58,790 nucleotides of DNA from Escherichia phage FS2B: the sequence record MW929182, one strand, 5' to 3'. Below the pieces are notes generated by a model. The model had not been told where the DNA came from. It was given only the letters and a program-made list of their open reading frames with translations, and made no database searches. Shown piece by piece: positions 20,836-32,177 of the stretch. The translations under genes were made by a program, and so were the position numbers. How positions within the stretch are numbered: the stretch's first letter is position 1; the number at the start of each line of letters is the position of its first letter.

Positions 20836-21711
20836 AAATATCATCCTGAGCTTGAGCAATAATCCAATCTAGATCTGATACTGCTGATTCGATGGTTGAG
20901 TCATTAAACAGTAGATATGTTTTTCTCTGCTCTCCTTCAATATATGAGCGAGAGTCTCCATCAAAAGAGCAACCATCTCTAAGAACTTGGACAACTTGGA
21001 CATGGAAATTCTTTTCTAGTTCTCGTACCTCTGCATCAAAACCTCCGTCAGTAAACATGACAATATCATCCTGACCTAACCCTTCTTGTTTGATGCTTTT
21101 TACAGCAAGATTCCCCATATGGTTGTTGCCAAACATAGGTTTTAAGAAGTCTTCACTTGTAGAAATCATCAAATCTCTTACAGACTTCCCTCCCCATTCT
21201 GGTCTAGGTTTTTCTTTCCATTCACGGTCTTCATAGCGTGCTAGAAAGTTTTCTAGAGGTATGCCTAGTGCAGCAGCAGCTACCTTGTACATTGGCTCCT
21301 TGAAGGATTTGGTTGAATGGTTGTGATGGTATGAATGTGCATTGACCCAAGCATTGGCTATCGTATCTTTACCACAACCCGGAGGCCCATTAAGAATTAC
21401 TACTAAAGGCTTATAGTGGGAATCTCCCACCATGTTGGTCAGTGCTAGATTGCCTTGAGATTCCATTTCTAATTGCTCCGTGGGGTCATGTGAGTAGTCT
21501 ACTGGAGAGGTTTTGTTACCAGTAACTTTAGGTAAAATCGCTCTAGTTGTTTCTACGTATTTACCGCCATCAATATTGATTTGAAACTCTACAAGTTCAT
21601 TCTGTAACTCATATCCTGATAAGTTGGATAGCTCCTCCAACTCATCTCTGACGAAATTTAAATGTTTGATTTTAATTGCAAGAGCTTTCTTTAAAGCTTT
21701 TACCTCTTCAT

Positions 21712-21721
<10 letters not shown>
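20822..21721 (-). CDS. P-loop nucleotide kinase (dNMP kinase-like) with N-terminal coiled-coil extension
   Basis: Walker A VVILNGPPGCGKDTIA resembles phage deoxynucleoside monophosphate kinase P-loops. Confidence 0.45.
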
Positions 21722-23207
<1,486 letters not shown>

Positions 23208-23208
<1 letters not shown>

Positions 23209-23468
23209 TATTCTATTCCACGCTCTTTCAGAGCTTCTAACAATCCGTTGTGATTGGCAGCACATTCTGTGTACTGGTCCTGATACCACTCCAACGTAGT
23301 GGCTAGTGCTTTTCCTTGAGCACTTTCTAAAAGAGGTAGGTCAACCCTACATTCAGCTTTTAGGTTTGTTGGTAAGGGCATTGATTGCCTGCTGTTGTCG
23401 CTCATTGAACAAGCTGACATACTCATCACTAGCGCAGACATTATAAAAAACTGGTTTAGTTTTCTCAT
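23208..23468 (-). CDS. o-spanin-like outer membrane lipoprotein, overlapping the i-spanin gene
   Basis: Internal ATG gives MRKLNQFFIMSALVMSMSAC with a lipobox-like MSAC; Pro-containing mature part with two Cys; starts inside the 3' part of 23353..23703 in another frame. Confidence 0.45.
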
Positions 23469-23703
23469 AATGCATCTCTTTATAAACGGTTTCCGTGTTC
23501 TTCTTCCAGTTAGATAAACCGGTAAGAACTCTCTGAGCAACTTCATCAGCTGCCCTACTTCTTTCAATCTCTAACTCTTGTTGATGCTTTTCTTTATCCA
23601 GATTGTTACTGTCTGTTCTGTACTCATTAAACTTCATGCCACCAAAGAATACAAGAGCTGAAAAGATAACAAATCCTAGATTATCACTTAAAGTGCTTTG
23701 CAT
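23353..23703 (-). CDS. i-spanin-like protein (N-terminal TM helix plus periplasmic coiled coil)
   Basis: ATG 23703; TM segment GFVIFSALVFFGG then a charged helical region; overlaps the lipoprotein gene as in Rz/Rz1 pairs. Confidence 0.45.
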   Translation of the reverse strand: MQSTLSDNLGFVIFSALVFFGGMKFNEYRTDSNNLDKEKHQQELEIERSRAADEVAQRVLTGLSNWKKNTETVYKEMHYEKTKPVFYNVCASDEYVSLFNERQQQAINALTNKPKS

Positions 23704-23712
23704 ATTGACTCC

Positions 23713-23740
23713 AACGAAAAAAGCCACCCGGAGGTGGCTA
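23713..23740 (-). terminator. intrinsic terminator downstream of the SSB-like gene
   Basis: Minus-strand hairpin AGCCACCTCCGGGTGGCT followed by TTTTTTCG. Confidence 0.55.
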
Positions 23741-23760
23741 AGCTATAACAAGGAGAGTTA

Positions 23761-24507
23761 TTAGAATGGGCTATCGTTGTCGTCTTCGTAAGTAGAAGCA
23801 GGCTCTTTATCAATCGTAGGGATTGAAGGAGTAGCTTCTTTCTGCTCTGTTTCAGAAGCACGAGTAATTTCACGACCAGCCAGAGGCATGTTCTTAGCGT
23901 CATTAGCTTGAGTAAGCAGGTTGCGCTGGAACGGGAACATCAGTTGATAGGATGCTACGTTCTCGTCGGTTTCAGCATATGGTTCGAAGAATACCAGAGG
24001 ACTACGAGCTTCACCAACTGCTGCACGATATTTGGTTGGGATTGGAGAAATGGTCTTGATGGAGTTTTTAACTTCACCAGCTTTGTTAGTATAAGAGTTA
24101 ACCAGAATGTTAACAGGCTGACCTAACAGAACATCCTTGAACCAAGATAGATCACCTTTCAGTGCTTGAATACTTGGGTCAATCATCTTGCAAAGATCAA
24201 GAATACCAGAGTTCTTAGCTCGTGGGTTTACATCATAGCTCTTGAACTGGCAAGCCGGACGTGGTTCTAATGCCTTACCATCGGAATCTTTACCAGTAGC
24301 ATCAACACCAATCAGCTCGAAAGCTAAATCCATACGGAAAGCCGGATTCTTAGGAGTTACTGCTTTGGTCTTCGGGTCAATCCAAGGGTCACGATTGTGA
24401 ACACCCAAACCTACTACACGAACGATACGAGCTTCGTATTCACCATCAGGGATTACATCGTAGTTGGATTTACGGGAAGAAGTTGCGATAGTTGGAATCA
24501 TAGACAT
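23761..24507 (-). CDS. single-stranded DNA-binding protein-like (acidic C-terminal tail)
   Basis: C-terminus STYEDDNDSPF resembles SSB acidic tails ending in Phe; size and placement in the replication module; preceded by a long AT-rich leader. Confidence 0.45.
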   Translation of the reverse strand: MSMIPTIATSSRKSNYDVIPDGEYEARIVRVVGLGVHNRDPWIDPKTKAVTPKNPAFRMDLAFELIGVDATGKDSDGKALEPRPACQFKSYDVNPRAKNSGILDLCKMIDPSIQALKGDLSWFKDVLLGQPVNILVNSYTNKAGEVKNSIKTISPIPTKYRAAVGEARSPLVFFEPYAETDENVASYQLMFPFQRNLLTQANDAKNMPLAGREITRASETEQKEATPSIPTIDKEPASTYEDDNDSPF

Positions 24508-24923
24508 ATTTTAATTTCCTTATTTAATTTGAAAGATTGTTGCTCTCTTTGAGCGGTTATGTATAGTATACATTACGCTTATACCGATAAGAGTACTATA
24601 TAATATAAGTATCTTTGGTAGTAGATATATCACACTAGTAATGTATATACTGTATAGCTGATAAGGTTATTGCAGGCTTGTATATTGGGCAATTCAAAGA
24701 ATCCCTTGCAAGTACCGAAGGGCAGGAGCCACCTGCGAGATAAAAATAGAGAATTAAGGAATCCTTGATTTAGGTTGTAGGGACTCCTAGGGACTTTGAT
24801 TCTCTATTTAAAAGAATATTAATTACTTATTACCTAAATAATTAACTAACTTACTTAAACCAAATTCAATAAGAATAGATAAAAAGATTATTCCTAAGAA
24901 AGCTAAAAAGTAAAGGATATAAG
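24508..24923 (-). promoter_or_regulatory. AT-rich 416-bp non-coding region with short repeats (candidate promoter or origin region)
   Basis: No ORF of 60 aa or more on the coding strand; repeated GTATA/TATAC-type motifs and GATAAG repeats; lies upstream of the SSB-like gene. Confidence 0.3.
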
Positions 24924-25053
24924 TTACCATTCAAGTAAACCTTTAAAGTTAGATTTTTCTACTATCCTCTGATAACGAAGATTAGAATCAGCTTGTTTCT
25001 TTAACATCTCATTATATTGATCTCTGATAGAGTCTTTATGTACTACAGGTTCT

Positions 25054-25557
25054 TTAAATAACGAGATCTTGTTCTTTTCTTCTTTCATCAAAGACCTTCC
25101 TAATCTCTTGCAGAGAAACAGCTTTATAGTTAATTTGCTCCATTGATGTACAGAAATATCTCCAATCATCAATTACGTGGTTATGAGTATGAGCATAAAT
25201 ATTAAACTTCCCTCTCATCTCATCAGTGTGAATAGGAATATGAGTTACCCAAAACTCTTTATATTTATAATCACCAGAGATTCTACGGAAGACTTTCATC
25301 ATATCAGGGAGAAGTTCTAACCTGTCATGGTTCCCTAAGACTAGATGCTTCTCTCCTCTTACTTCAGCGATGATATCAAGGGCATACTTTTCAAACACCC
25401 AATCACCGGTAAAGAAGATTTTATCACGTTTAGTTACATGATCAAATGCAGCTAGGATTGCTTTGTCATGTTCTTCGATGGTTTTAAATTGCTTACGAAA
25501 ACTACAGATGTTGCGATGGCCTAAGTGACCATCCCCTGCAAAATAAACTTCAGCCAT
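25054..25557 (-). CDS. calcineurin-like metallophosphoesterase
   Basis: Motifs AGDGHLGH, GDWV, GNHD and HTHNH match the metallophosphatase signature. Confidence 0.7.
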   Translation of the reverse strand: MAEVYFAGDGHLGHRNICSFRKQFKTIEEHDKAILAAFDHVTKRDKIFFTGDWVFEKYALDIIAEVRGEKHLVLGNHDRLELLPDMMKVFRRISGDYKYKEFWVTHIPIHTDEMRGKFNIYAHTHNHVIDDWRYFCTSMEQINYKAVSLQEIRKVFDERRKEQDLVI

Positions 25558-25566
25558 AAAGACCTC

Positions 25567-25782
25567 TTAGATAGTACACCCATCACAAGTTAAGTCACCT
25601 AGCAGGGACAGGGAAAGTAATCTGGATTGCTCATCGCTGTATAGTTGATCAATCTCTTCTTTAAGTTTTGCCAACTCCATAAAGTTAATGAGCTGACCAT
25701 GTTCGAGGCAGTCTGTTTTTAGTACGAACAAAACTTCAGCGTTGGTTGAGTCTTCACTTGAGTATTTATCAATGTATTCCAT
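25567..25782 (-). CDS. hypothetical protein
   Basis: Track ORF on the coding strand, tightly packed with neighbours. Confidence 0.35.
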   Translation of the reverse strand: MEYIDKYSSEDSTNAEVLFVLKTDCLEHGQLINFMELAKLKEEIDQLYSDEQSRLLSLSLLGDLTCDGCTI

Positions 25783-25784
25783 TT

Positions 25785-26027
25785 TTATGCCACATCTCCT
25801 TGTTTGTTGTTAATAACATCCAGTGCTGTATAAGCTTTACCTGTTCCTAAGTATTCCAAAACTGGAGGACTCTTCTTTTCTTCAGCGACTACATAAGGTG
25901 TGATCTTCCCTTTCAGTACAGCCTGAGATGCTTTAGCACTGTCTTCAGAGGTATGAATAGTAGTAAGCCCTTTCTTTCCAATTCTATAAGTGTGAACCCA
26001 AATCATTCTTCTTCCCCATATTCCCAA
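25785..26027 (-). CDS. hypothetical protein
   Basis: Track ORF on the coding strand, 2-nt gap to the downstream gene. Confidence 0.35.
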   Translation of the reverse strand: MGIWGRRMIWVHTYRIGKKGLTTIHTSEDSAKASQAVLKGKITPYVVAEEKKSPPVLEYLGTGKAYTALDVINNKQGDVA

Positions 26028-26166
26028 TTTCTTTCATAATATCCAGAGTTATAGTTTAGGGCGCACTTCTCGGCCTCTTCTATGTCGTCGGTGTTTAGGA
26101 TATTCACCCACCCTCCAGCTTCATCAAAACCTTCTTCTTCCTCGTTAATCCATACACTATATTTCT

Positions 26167-26577
26167 TCATCGAATCACCAAAGGCTCTTCAGAGTACACA
26201 GGAGCGGCTATTTCTACAGGAGGTGCTGCCCTAAGGTCATTAAGTCTTACGCCCTTCAGCATACCATCTAGGTGGTCCTTTTTGGGGATTCCAACAGGGA
26301 AGTCATCAATCCAGATATCGACGAAGAAACCTAACTGTCGACACACCTCATCCTTCTGCACACCATTACAAAAGATGACAGGGATTTGCAGGGTCTCTGC
26401 ATCATAGAGGATATCCACGTTATCATAACCATTAGGCTCTGAGAAACGGAAAGTCACGAATCTTACATCATGTCCATACCCTTTCATCAATCCTATCACA
26501 TCTCTCCACAGTCGTCTGTCTGCTGTGTAAGTGTCATCATAATCTAAACCAATATTCATGTCAAACCCTTTAGACAA
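26167..26577 (-). CDS. HAD-superfamily hydrolase-like (possible nucleotidase)
   Basis: N-terminal IGLDYDDTYT fits HAD motif I (DxDxT); later DIWIDDFP fits the DD motif. Confidence 0.4.
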   Translation of the reverse strand: MSKGFDMNIGLDYDDTYTADRRLWRDVIGLMKGYGHDVRFVTFRFSEPNGYDNVDILYDAETLQIPVIFCNGVQKDEVCRQLGFFVDIWIDDFPVGIPKKDHLDGMLKGVRLNDLRAAPPVEIAAPVYSEEPLVIR

Positions 26578-26600
26578 GAAAAGCCGCCCGAAGGCAGCTT
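26571..26600 (-). terminator. intrinsic terminator
   Basis: Minus-strand hairpin AAGCTGCCTTCGGGCGGCTT followed by TTCTTGTC; same core as the hairpin at 55525. Confidence 0.45.
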
Positions 26601-26605
26601 CTTAT

Positions 26606-26782
26606 TTAACTGTTCACTTTAGCTTCAAGTGTTTCGTTTTCAATACTCAAGTCAATCACTACACCAGTAAGCTCAACGACTGCTTGGCGAAGGGCATCTT
26701 TACCCATAGAGTGTACTTGAGATAAGAAGAAAGCTTTACCTTCTTCAGTGGATAGGGTTTCTTTTAATTCAGAAGCAGTCAT
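26606..26782 (-). CDS. small hypothetical protein (58 aa), not in ORF track
   Basis: Hand-translated ORF (MTASELKETLSTEEGKAFF...) with AAGGAA RBS, ending just before the terminator. Confidence 0.3.
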   Translation of the reverse strand: MTASELKETLSTEEGKAFFLSQVHSMGKDALRQAVVELTGVVIDLSIENETLEAKVNS

Positions 26783-26791
26783 TGATATTCC

Positions 26792-26986
26792 TTATGTTAT
26801 GTTATAAATTCGCATGATTGTACCACCATTGGCTTCAATAGCAGCAACCATTTGGTTTCGTTCTTCATCCGTGTAAACTAACACACTTCTAAACTCGCCT
26901 GTTGCATCAGTATAAAGGATGTTATATTTTGGAGGCGGTTTACGGTAAATACCTTCCATCACTCTTTCTCCTCTCGTTCTTTCCAC
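26792..26986 (-). CDS. hypothetical protein
   Basis: Track ORF on the coding strand. Confidence 0.35.
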   Translation of the reverse strand: MERTRGERVMEGIYRKPPPKYNILYTDATGEFRSVLVYTDEERNQMVAAIEANGGTIMRIYNIT

Positions 26987-27142
26987 AGTTCGGCTAGCTC
27001 TAGATAGAACTCAGCCTCATCAGGACGACCTTGTTCATTACAGATGGCGCTCTGACGATAACACCAATCCGATGGCATCTCTTCCACTTCAATCTCCTTG
27101 TTACGAACCAATCAATAAGAATAGTTCATTCGTCTTATTTAT

Positions 27143-27337
27143 TCACTCTACCAATGCAGGTACTTCTATCCTTTTAACTGTGAATGTCTTGTTTGGAAAC
27201 TTTCGAACTAGCTCTGCTGCTTTGGTTATTGCTAAGTTCTCTGTCTCAAAGATACACAGTTGACCATTTAATGCTACGAGAGTGGAGCCACCGCTGAAGA
27301 CGGCCCAAGATTCATAATAACCACGAACACTCATCAC
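27143..27337 (-). CDS. hypothetical protein
   Basis: Track ORF on the coding strand; 4-nt overlap with the upstream gene. Confidence 0.35.
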   Translation of the reverse strand: MMSVRGYYESWAVFSGGSTLVALNGQLCIFETENLAITKAAELVRKFPNKTFTVKRIEVPALVE

Positions 27338-27702
27338 TCAACCTCAATATTATATAGAGTTTTCAGTGTATCTTTAATCCAAGTAATTCTTTTTTGGTTC
27401 TTGTGGTGTGATCTGTTATCCCTATCTCTGAAATATTGGTCACAGCCAAAAGGGTATGTATGGTCCGAGAATTTATCTTGGTTAAACATATTCTTCATGT
27501 CATCCACGTCTAGATGTTTTGTGAAATAATAATACTTCTTATAACAGCGGAAGTTGAAGCATAGTCCGTGATCTTCGTTAAACCAAGGAGGACACTCTTC
27601 TGTTTGAGTTATATGATAATACTGGAGGAGGAAATCTTCCATCCCTCTCTCCTTGAATAAACACCTAAGTGTTCTATAGATTATATTAGTTTCTTTCATC
27701 AC
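27334..27702 (-). CDS. hypothetical protein (Cys/His/Tyr-rich)
   Basis: Track ORF on the coding strand, immediately downstream of the polymerase gene. Confidence 0.4.
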   Translation of the reverse strand: MMKETNIIYRTLRCLFKERGMEDFLLQYYHITQTEECPPWFNEDHGLCFNFRCYKKYYYFTKHLDVDDMKNMFNQDKFSDHTYPFGCDQYFRDRDNRSHHKNQKRITWIKDTLKTLYNIEVE

Positions 27703-27707
27703 TCACC

Positions 27708-29552
27708 TTAGTGTGTGTGCATCCAGTTAAGTCCAATCTGACAATCAGATGCCAGAGGACATTCCATGTTCAGATACTCGCCAGCTTTCTTAACACAAAG
27801 CTCAGTGTGCTCTTTGAGTTTCTGTACATCATTACGGTTTACTGAGAATTGACCTTCATCGTGCATATCAATTACCTTAGCACAACGAACCTTATCTTTC
27901 TCAATCCACTTGTTAAGGAACATCATAGCATATTTCATAACAACAGCACCAGCACATTGCAGGAGTGTGTTAAGGGCTTTATGAACCATAACCTTACCAG
28001 TGGCATCCCGTCTCATTGTAATCTTACGACCATCAACTCCAATCAAGTATCCTTGAGCAGCTTTCTCTGTCATACGATCAATGAGGATTGCAATACATGG
28101 GTTCTCTGCTAAGAAACGTGCTCGCATCACTGAACCTTCGTCAGCCCCACCACCTACAATTGAACCAAGCTTAGCATCGCCAGCACCGTAGTTGAATGCA
28201 TAGATAAACGTTTTAGCGTTGTCACGAGTAGGAAGACCAGCAAGTTTCTGGTTGTGGGAGTGGATATCACCTTCAAGGAGAATATCACGATACATAATAG
28301 CAGAAGCTAAACCACGTTCTGCCAGAGCTTTCTTAGCTGGGTTGTTCTCTTCGATTGCCTCAGCAAGCATATCCCTACACTCTTTAATGAGGTAGTGAGC
28401 GAGCATACGAAGTTCAAGTCCAGAACCATCATACCCTAAGAATACTTCTTTACCAGCGGGTATGTAATATTTGTAAGCACCTACAGGTTTGTCTTTCTTC
28501 CCCGGCTTACCTTTCTCGTAAATTACGTTAGTACCTTTTCGTATATAACAACCATCAGGAACAACGTTAGTAATAACGAAAGGACGAGAATGATCACTGT
28601 CTGAGTTATAGTCAGACTCAAACAAACTGCGGCACTCGTGACCAAACAAACCACGGGAGGGAATATTAACCACGATACGATGTTTGAATCGAAAAGTCGG
28701 CGTAGCGCAGCTGTTAGCTTCTGCCGAAAGTTTACCATCTTCGCGCTCCTTTGCTATGAGTCCACTGATAAGACCTAGCCTGTGAGCCGCCACAACGCGT
28801 CTCTTAAGCAAACTTCCGACACTCCCTAGCTCACCCCCTAACCCTTCTTCAAGAGTCTCCTCGAGGTTTGTAGGAGCTGTAGGCCACTTGTTTGATGTGG
28901 CTAGTGCTTTCTTAATCTCATCAAACGTTACAGGATTACGGCGATTAGGGTTTAATCCCAAACCAAATACGTAAGCCTTCATATAATTCTTAGTTTTAAA
29001 CCTGAAATGCTTTTCTAAGAACTTCTTAATATCAGCGTCAACCATCTCGGCTGTCTGCTTCTGCTTAGCATTGCCTCGCATCCAAGCAGTATACCATGCT
29101 TGGTATGTTCCATACTTTCGCATGTCTTTCTTAATTTCGAAAGTATTCCAAGGCTTCTTAGATACGTTAAACTCTGGAGGAAGAAAGCCCTCATCCATAA
29201 GAGCTTCTTTAACTCGTGCATCTTTCGATGGGTCAAAGTCTACGTATTCGACACAGGTGAAAGCTCCACCAATATCTTCTCTCTTCAGCCCAACCCTATC
29301 ACAATAGGCTTGAGGCCACTTCTGTAAAGCTCCAGACTTCTTAAATGGCTTCATGTAAGTAGAGCCATCTAATCTCATCTTAGGTAAGAGAGGAATCAAC
29401 TCTCTGTCAATATTAACAATAATCTCTTTAAGGAGGTGAACATACCACCGAGCATTTCTTCGGTTGAAACTCACTCCGTGCTTTGCTTGCTTAGAGATTA
29501 TATCAGCGACAGTCATCTCTGTCAAAAATGGAAGAGCGTCCGGGTTGCTCAC
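27708..29552 (-). CDS. family A DNA polymerase, polymerase domain only
   Basis: Motif A-like YDGSGLELRMLAHY, motif B-like RDNAKTFIYAFNYGAG, motif C-like VIDMHDEGQF; no exonuclease motifs in this ORF. Confidence 0.85.
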   Translation of the reverse strand: MSNPDALPFLTEMTVADIISKQAKHGVSFNRRNARWYVHLLKEIIVNIDRELIPLLPKMRLDGSTYMKPFKKSGALQKWPQAYCDRVGLKREDIGGAFTCVEYVDFDPSKDARVKEALMDEGFLPPEFNVSKKPWNTFEIKKDMRKYGTYQAWYTAWMRGNAKQKQTAEMVDADIKKFLEKHFRFKTKNYMKAYVFGLGLNPNRRNPVTFDEIKKALATSNKWPTAPTNLEETLEEGLGGELGSVGSLLKRRVVAAHRLGLISGLIAKEREDGKLSAEANSCATPTFRFKHRIVVNIPSRGLFGHECRSLFESDYNSDSDHSRPFVITNVVPDGCYIRKGTNVIYEKGKPGKKDKPVGAYKYYIPAGKEVFLGYDGSGLELRMLAHYLIKECRDMLAEAIEENNPAKKALAERGLASAIMYRDILLEGDIHSHNQKLAGLPTRDNAKTFIYAFNYGAGDAKLGSIVGGGADEGSVMRARFLAENPCIAILIDRMTEKAAQGYLIGVDGRKITMRRDATGKVMVHKALNTLLQCAGAVVMKYAMMFLNKWIEKDKVRCAKVIDMHDEGQFSVNRNDVQKLKEHTELCVKKAGEYLNMECPLASDCQIGLNWMHTH

Positions 29553-29568
29553 TTTATACTCCTTTAAA

Positions 29569-29991
29569 TTATTGGTAAAGTAAATCTGTAAATGCTTGGT
29601 TATCTTCTACTACATTCAACATGGTAGCTTCATCACTATAAGCCCTAACCGTCCCGTTGACAACTGTCCAAGGAGGAGGTGGAGGTGGTGCATGGTTAGC
29701 CCTATCTTCACGAGGTTGCTCTCGTACTAAATGAGCCACAACCCTCTGATTAGCAACTTCTTCTCTTTCTCTGATAGCTCTCTGAATGTAGGCCAGCTTC
29801 ATGCCCCAAGCTTCTTCAAACTCTTGAGGGTGTTTATCACTGATAACCACATACTGACGTTCAGGAATACCAGAGCGAATTTCTGATAATAATTCATGGA
29901 ACAAATCCAGTTCATGTTCAGTGAGATTCATTTCGATATCATCCCACTTGAGAACTAAGAAACGGTTTGGATATCTAGCTGGTAATGGCAT
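29569..29991 (-). CDS. hypothetical protein
   Basis: Track ORF on the coding strand; contains a PPPPPP run. Confidence 0.4.
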   Translation of the reverse strand: MPLPARYPNRFLVLKWDDIEMNLTEHELDLFHELLSEIRSGIPERQYVVISDKHPQEFEEAWGMKLAYIQRAIREREEVANQRVVAHLVREQPREDRANHAPPPPPPWTVVNGTVRAYSDEATMLNVVEDNQAFTDLLYQ

Positions 29992-30154
29992 CCTACTCCA
30001 CCTCTACTTCAATGTAAGTTCTCTCGCCAACATCGTCTTTTAAGACCCATGACTTGGCATCTTCTTCCGACTTAAAAGCTTTCACAACGCTGTATCCGCC
30101 TTCCCATTCATCGCCGAACCAGCGCTGTCCTACGTAAATGTATTCTTTCATCAC

Positions 30155-30439
30155 TCAACCTCTTGGGAATGGCATCAAAAATTCCATAGCAGATTTAATC
30201 TCATTATTGATTCGTGAATCACGATAAGAGATAAACTTACCTTTGCTATCACGTAACATCACATGGGTTCTGGCTGTTTTGTGAGGGAGCAATGTGATAC
30301 TAGTTGGAATAGCATCAATCCCTACAGCGTATTTGTCAATAGTCTTACTTTCAGCCAACAGATAAGACCAAGTACGCGGTTTCTGCTCCGGGCGGTTAGG
30401 GTATGTGTCCCGAATTTGAACCATAGCTAACTTATTCAT
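30155..30439 (-). CDS. small hypothetical protein, paralog pair member
   Basis: Shares TART.V.LR...GKFISY..FP.G with 30441..30695. Confidence 0.4.
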   Translation of the reverse strand: MNKLAMVQIRDTYPNRPEQKPRTWSYLLAESKTIDKYAVGIDAIPTSITLLPHKTARTHVMLRDSKGKFISYRDSRINNEIKSAMEFLMPFPRG

Positions 30440-30440
30440 A

Positions 30441-30695
30441 TTAAACTCCTTTAGGGAATGGGATGAGATTTTCTACTGCAACACGGAAAGATTTTTCTAC
30501 GTTCTTATTCTTATAAGAGATAAATTTTCCATCAGCTCCTCGAAGGAGTACGTTAGTGCGAGCTGTATTTGGGTTTTGTTGAATCATAGAACGAATGATG
30601 TTCTCTGAACCTCTATGCTTATTGGTGAATTTCCAACTGATAGTTTTACCGGTACGAGTTACATCAATGATATTTACGATTTTTACAATAGACAT
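30441..30695 (-). CDS. small hypothetical protein, paralog pair member
   Basis: Shares TART.V.LR...GKFISY..FP.G with 30155..30439; 2-nt gap between the two genes. Confidence 0.4.
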   Translation of the reverse strand: MSIVKIVNIIDVTRTGKTISWKFTNKHRGSENIIRSMIQQNPNTARTNVLLRGADGKFISYKNKNVEKSFRVAVENLIPFPKGV

Positions 30696-30764
30696 ATTTA
30701 TTACCTAAGAAGTTTAATTTGGTTTATATAAAAGAAAAGGCCACCTGATTAGGCAGCCTTTGTT

Positions 30765-31058
30765 CTAGAGACGAAGCCAAGTTTGATAGTCAGCTTCAGT
30801 GTAATGGTTGTTTCGAGAGTTATTTTTCATTTCCTTGAGAGTAGCTCTCAGGTCAATGTTATGCTCTCTCCTTGTTCTATTCGGGTCTGTATCTTCTAAT
30901 AGATGGGAGTGATCACTACAAGAGTAGTGCTTATAGTGGTCCCTGTATCCTCTACTTGGAGAATACTTGGTCATTAAAGTTGCAACTCTTTTTACACCCT
31001 CTGCTTTACAGAATTTACAATAAGTGTGAATTGTACATCTTTTTGTTTCTGCTGACAC
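30765..31058 (-). CDS. Cys/His-rich hypothetical protein
   Basis: Track ORF; several CxxC-like and His pairs suggest metal binding. Confidence 0.35.
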   Translation of the reverse strand: MSAETKRCTIHTYCKFCKAEGVKRVATLMTKYSPSRGYRDHYKHYSCSDHSHLLEDTDPNRTRREHNIDLRATLKEMKNNSRNNHYTEADYQTWLRL

Positions 31059-31068
31059 TATAACCTCT

Positions 31069-31383
31069 TTATGAGCTTAAAGCTCCTTTGCGTGCTCCAG
31101 CTGCTTTTCCAGCTCGATCACCACTTTTGCCGCCGTTTGAACGGTTTGAGCTGACTGATTCAACACGTAAGTTGCTTGACGCATTAGAGCCTCCAGACTT
31201 GACAGCTCGTTTGTGTCCAACGTCTTTACCTCTGACAGCAGCTTTTCCATCGCGCTTTTCAACGATGCGACGTGCACGGTGGCGCTGAGCATCTCCGCTC
31301 TTGCTCCCAACGCCTGTTTCACCACGGGCAATTGCGGTACGTCTTTCTTGTGCATAATCTCTCTTTCCTACATGATCTGCCAT
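31069..31383 (-). CDS. basic Gly-rich hypothetical protein
   Basis: Strong AAGGAG RBS 8 nt upstream of ATG 31383; an alternative-frame ORF 31077..31355 overlaps and cannot be excluded. Confidence 0.35.
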   Translation of the reverse strand: MADHVGKRDYAQERRTAIARGETGVGSKSGDAQRHRARRIVEKRDGKAAVRGKDVGHKRAVKSGGSNASSNLRVESVSSNRSNGGKSGDRAGKAAGARKGALSS

Positions 31384-31439
31384 TTAGAACTCCTTAATAT
31401 ATCAGTGTACACTAAGGAGTATACATTATAAGTTACTGT

Positions 31440-32177
31440 TTAAGCTTTCTTTTCCATTGCTTTAACAATCGCCTTACAGAAACCAGAACGAACAATATCA
31501 TCTGATTCACCATCTACAATCTCAGCAAACTCATACAGATCGTGTTCATCAATAAAGTTAGTAGCCCAAGTTAGACCACTCTCGCGACCACGCATATCAT
31601 GCTGGTTTGTATCACCCATACAGAACAATTGAGAGGTTTCTCCCAATCGAGTCATGATGGAGAAGGCTTCATCCTTAGTTGTGTTCTGGAACTCATCAAC
31701 AATAACAATAGCATCATTGAAAGAACGACCACGGAGATATTCCAGAGGTACAAACTCAATGTTACCATTTCCGATTTGGCATTCATAGAATCCCTTACCA
31801 TATCGCTGAGTAATAACATCAATGATAGGCATCAGGTATGGTTCAAACTTCTCACGCATTCCTCCCGGAAGTAACCCAAGAGAGTTGCCCATGCCAACCG
31901 AAGGGCGACTCAGAATGATCTTCTGAATCTTACCGCTCTTCAGTGCATCAATAACTGTGGAAGTGATTACAAAGGTCTTACCACAGCCCGCAGGAGCGTC
32001 TGTGAACACAACTTGTTTAGTCTTAATAGCATTGAGTAGCTCAGACTGAAACTGGTTCTGAGGGACTACAGGCTTTGCTAAAACCACCTCTTCATACTCT
32101 CGCTTACCCTTACGAGTAACAAGTGCTTCTCGACGAAGGTCTTTCCGTGATTCTTTCCGTGATTGACGACGACTCAT
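31440..32177 (-). CDS. phoH: PhoH-like ATPase
   Basis: Walker A VFTDAPAGCGKTFV and overall PhoH-like layout. Confidence 0.8.
   Translation of the reverse strand: MSRRQSRKESRKDLRREALVTRKGKREYEEVVLAKPVVPQNQFQSELLNAIKTKQVVFTDAPAGCGKTFVITSTVIDALKSGKIQKIILSRPSVGMGNSLGLLPGGMREKFEPYLMPIIDVITQRYGKGFYECQIGNGNIEFVPLEYLRGRSFNDAIVIVDEFQNTTKDEAFSIMTRLGETSQLFCMGDTNQHDMRGRESGLTWATNFIDEHDLYEFAEIVDGESDDIVRSGFCKAIVKAMEKKA

Noticed and set aside
31077-31355. Alternative-frame ORF overlapping 31069..31383 on the same strand
   Set aside because: Only one frame can plausibly be expressed; the 31383 start has a strong AAGGAG RBS, so I kept that frame, though this remains unresolved
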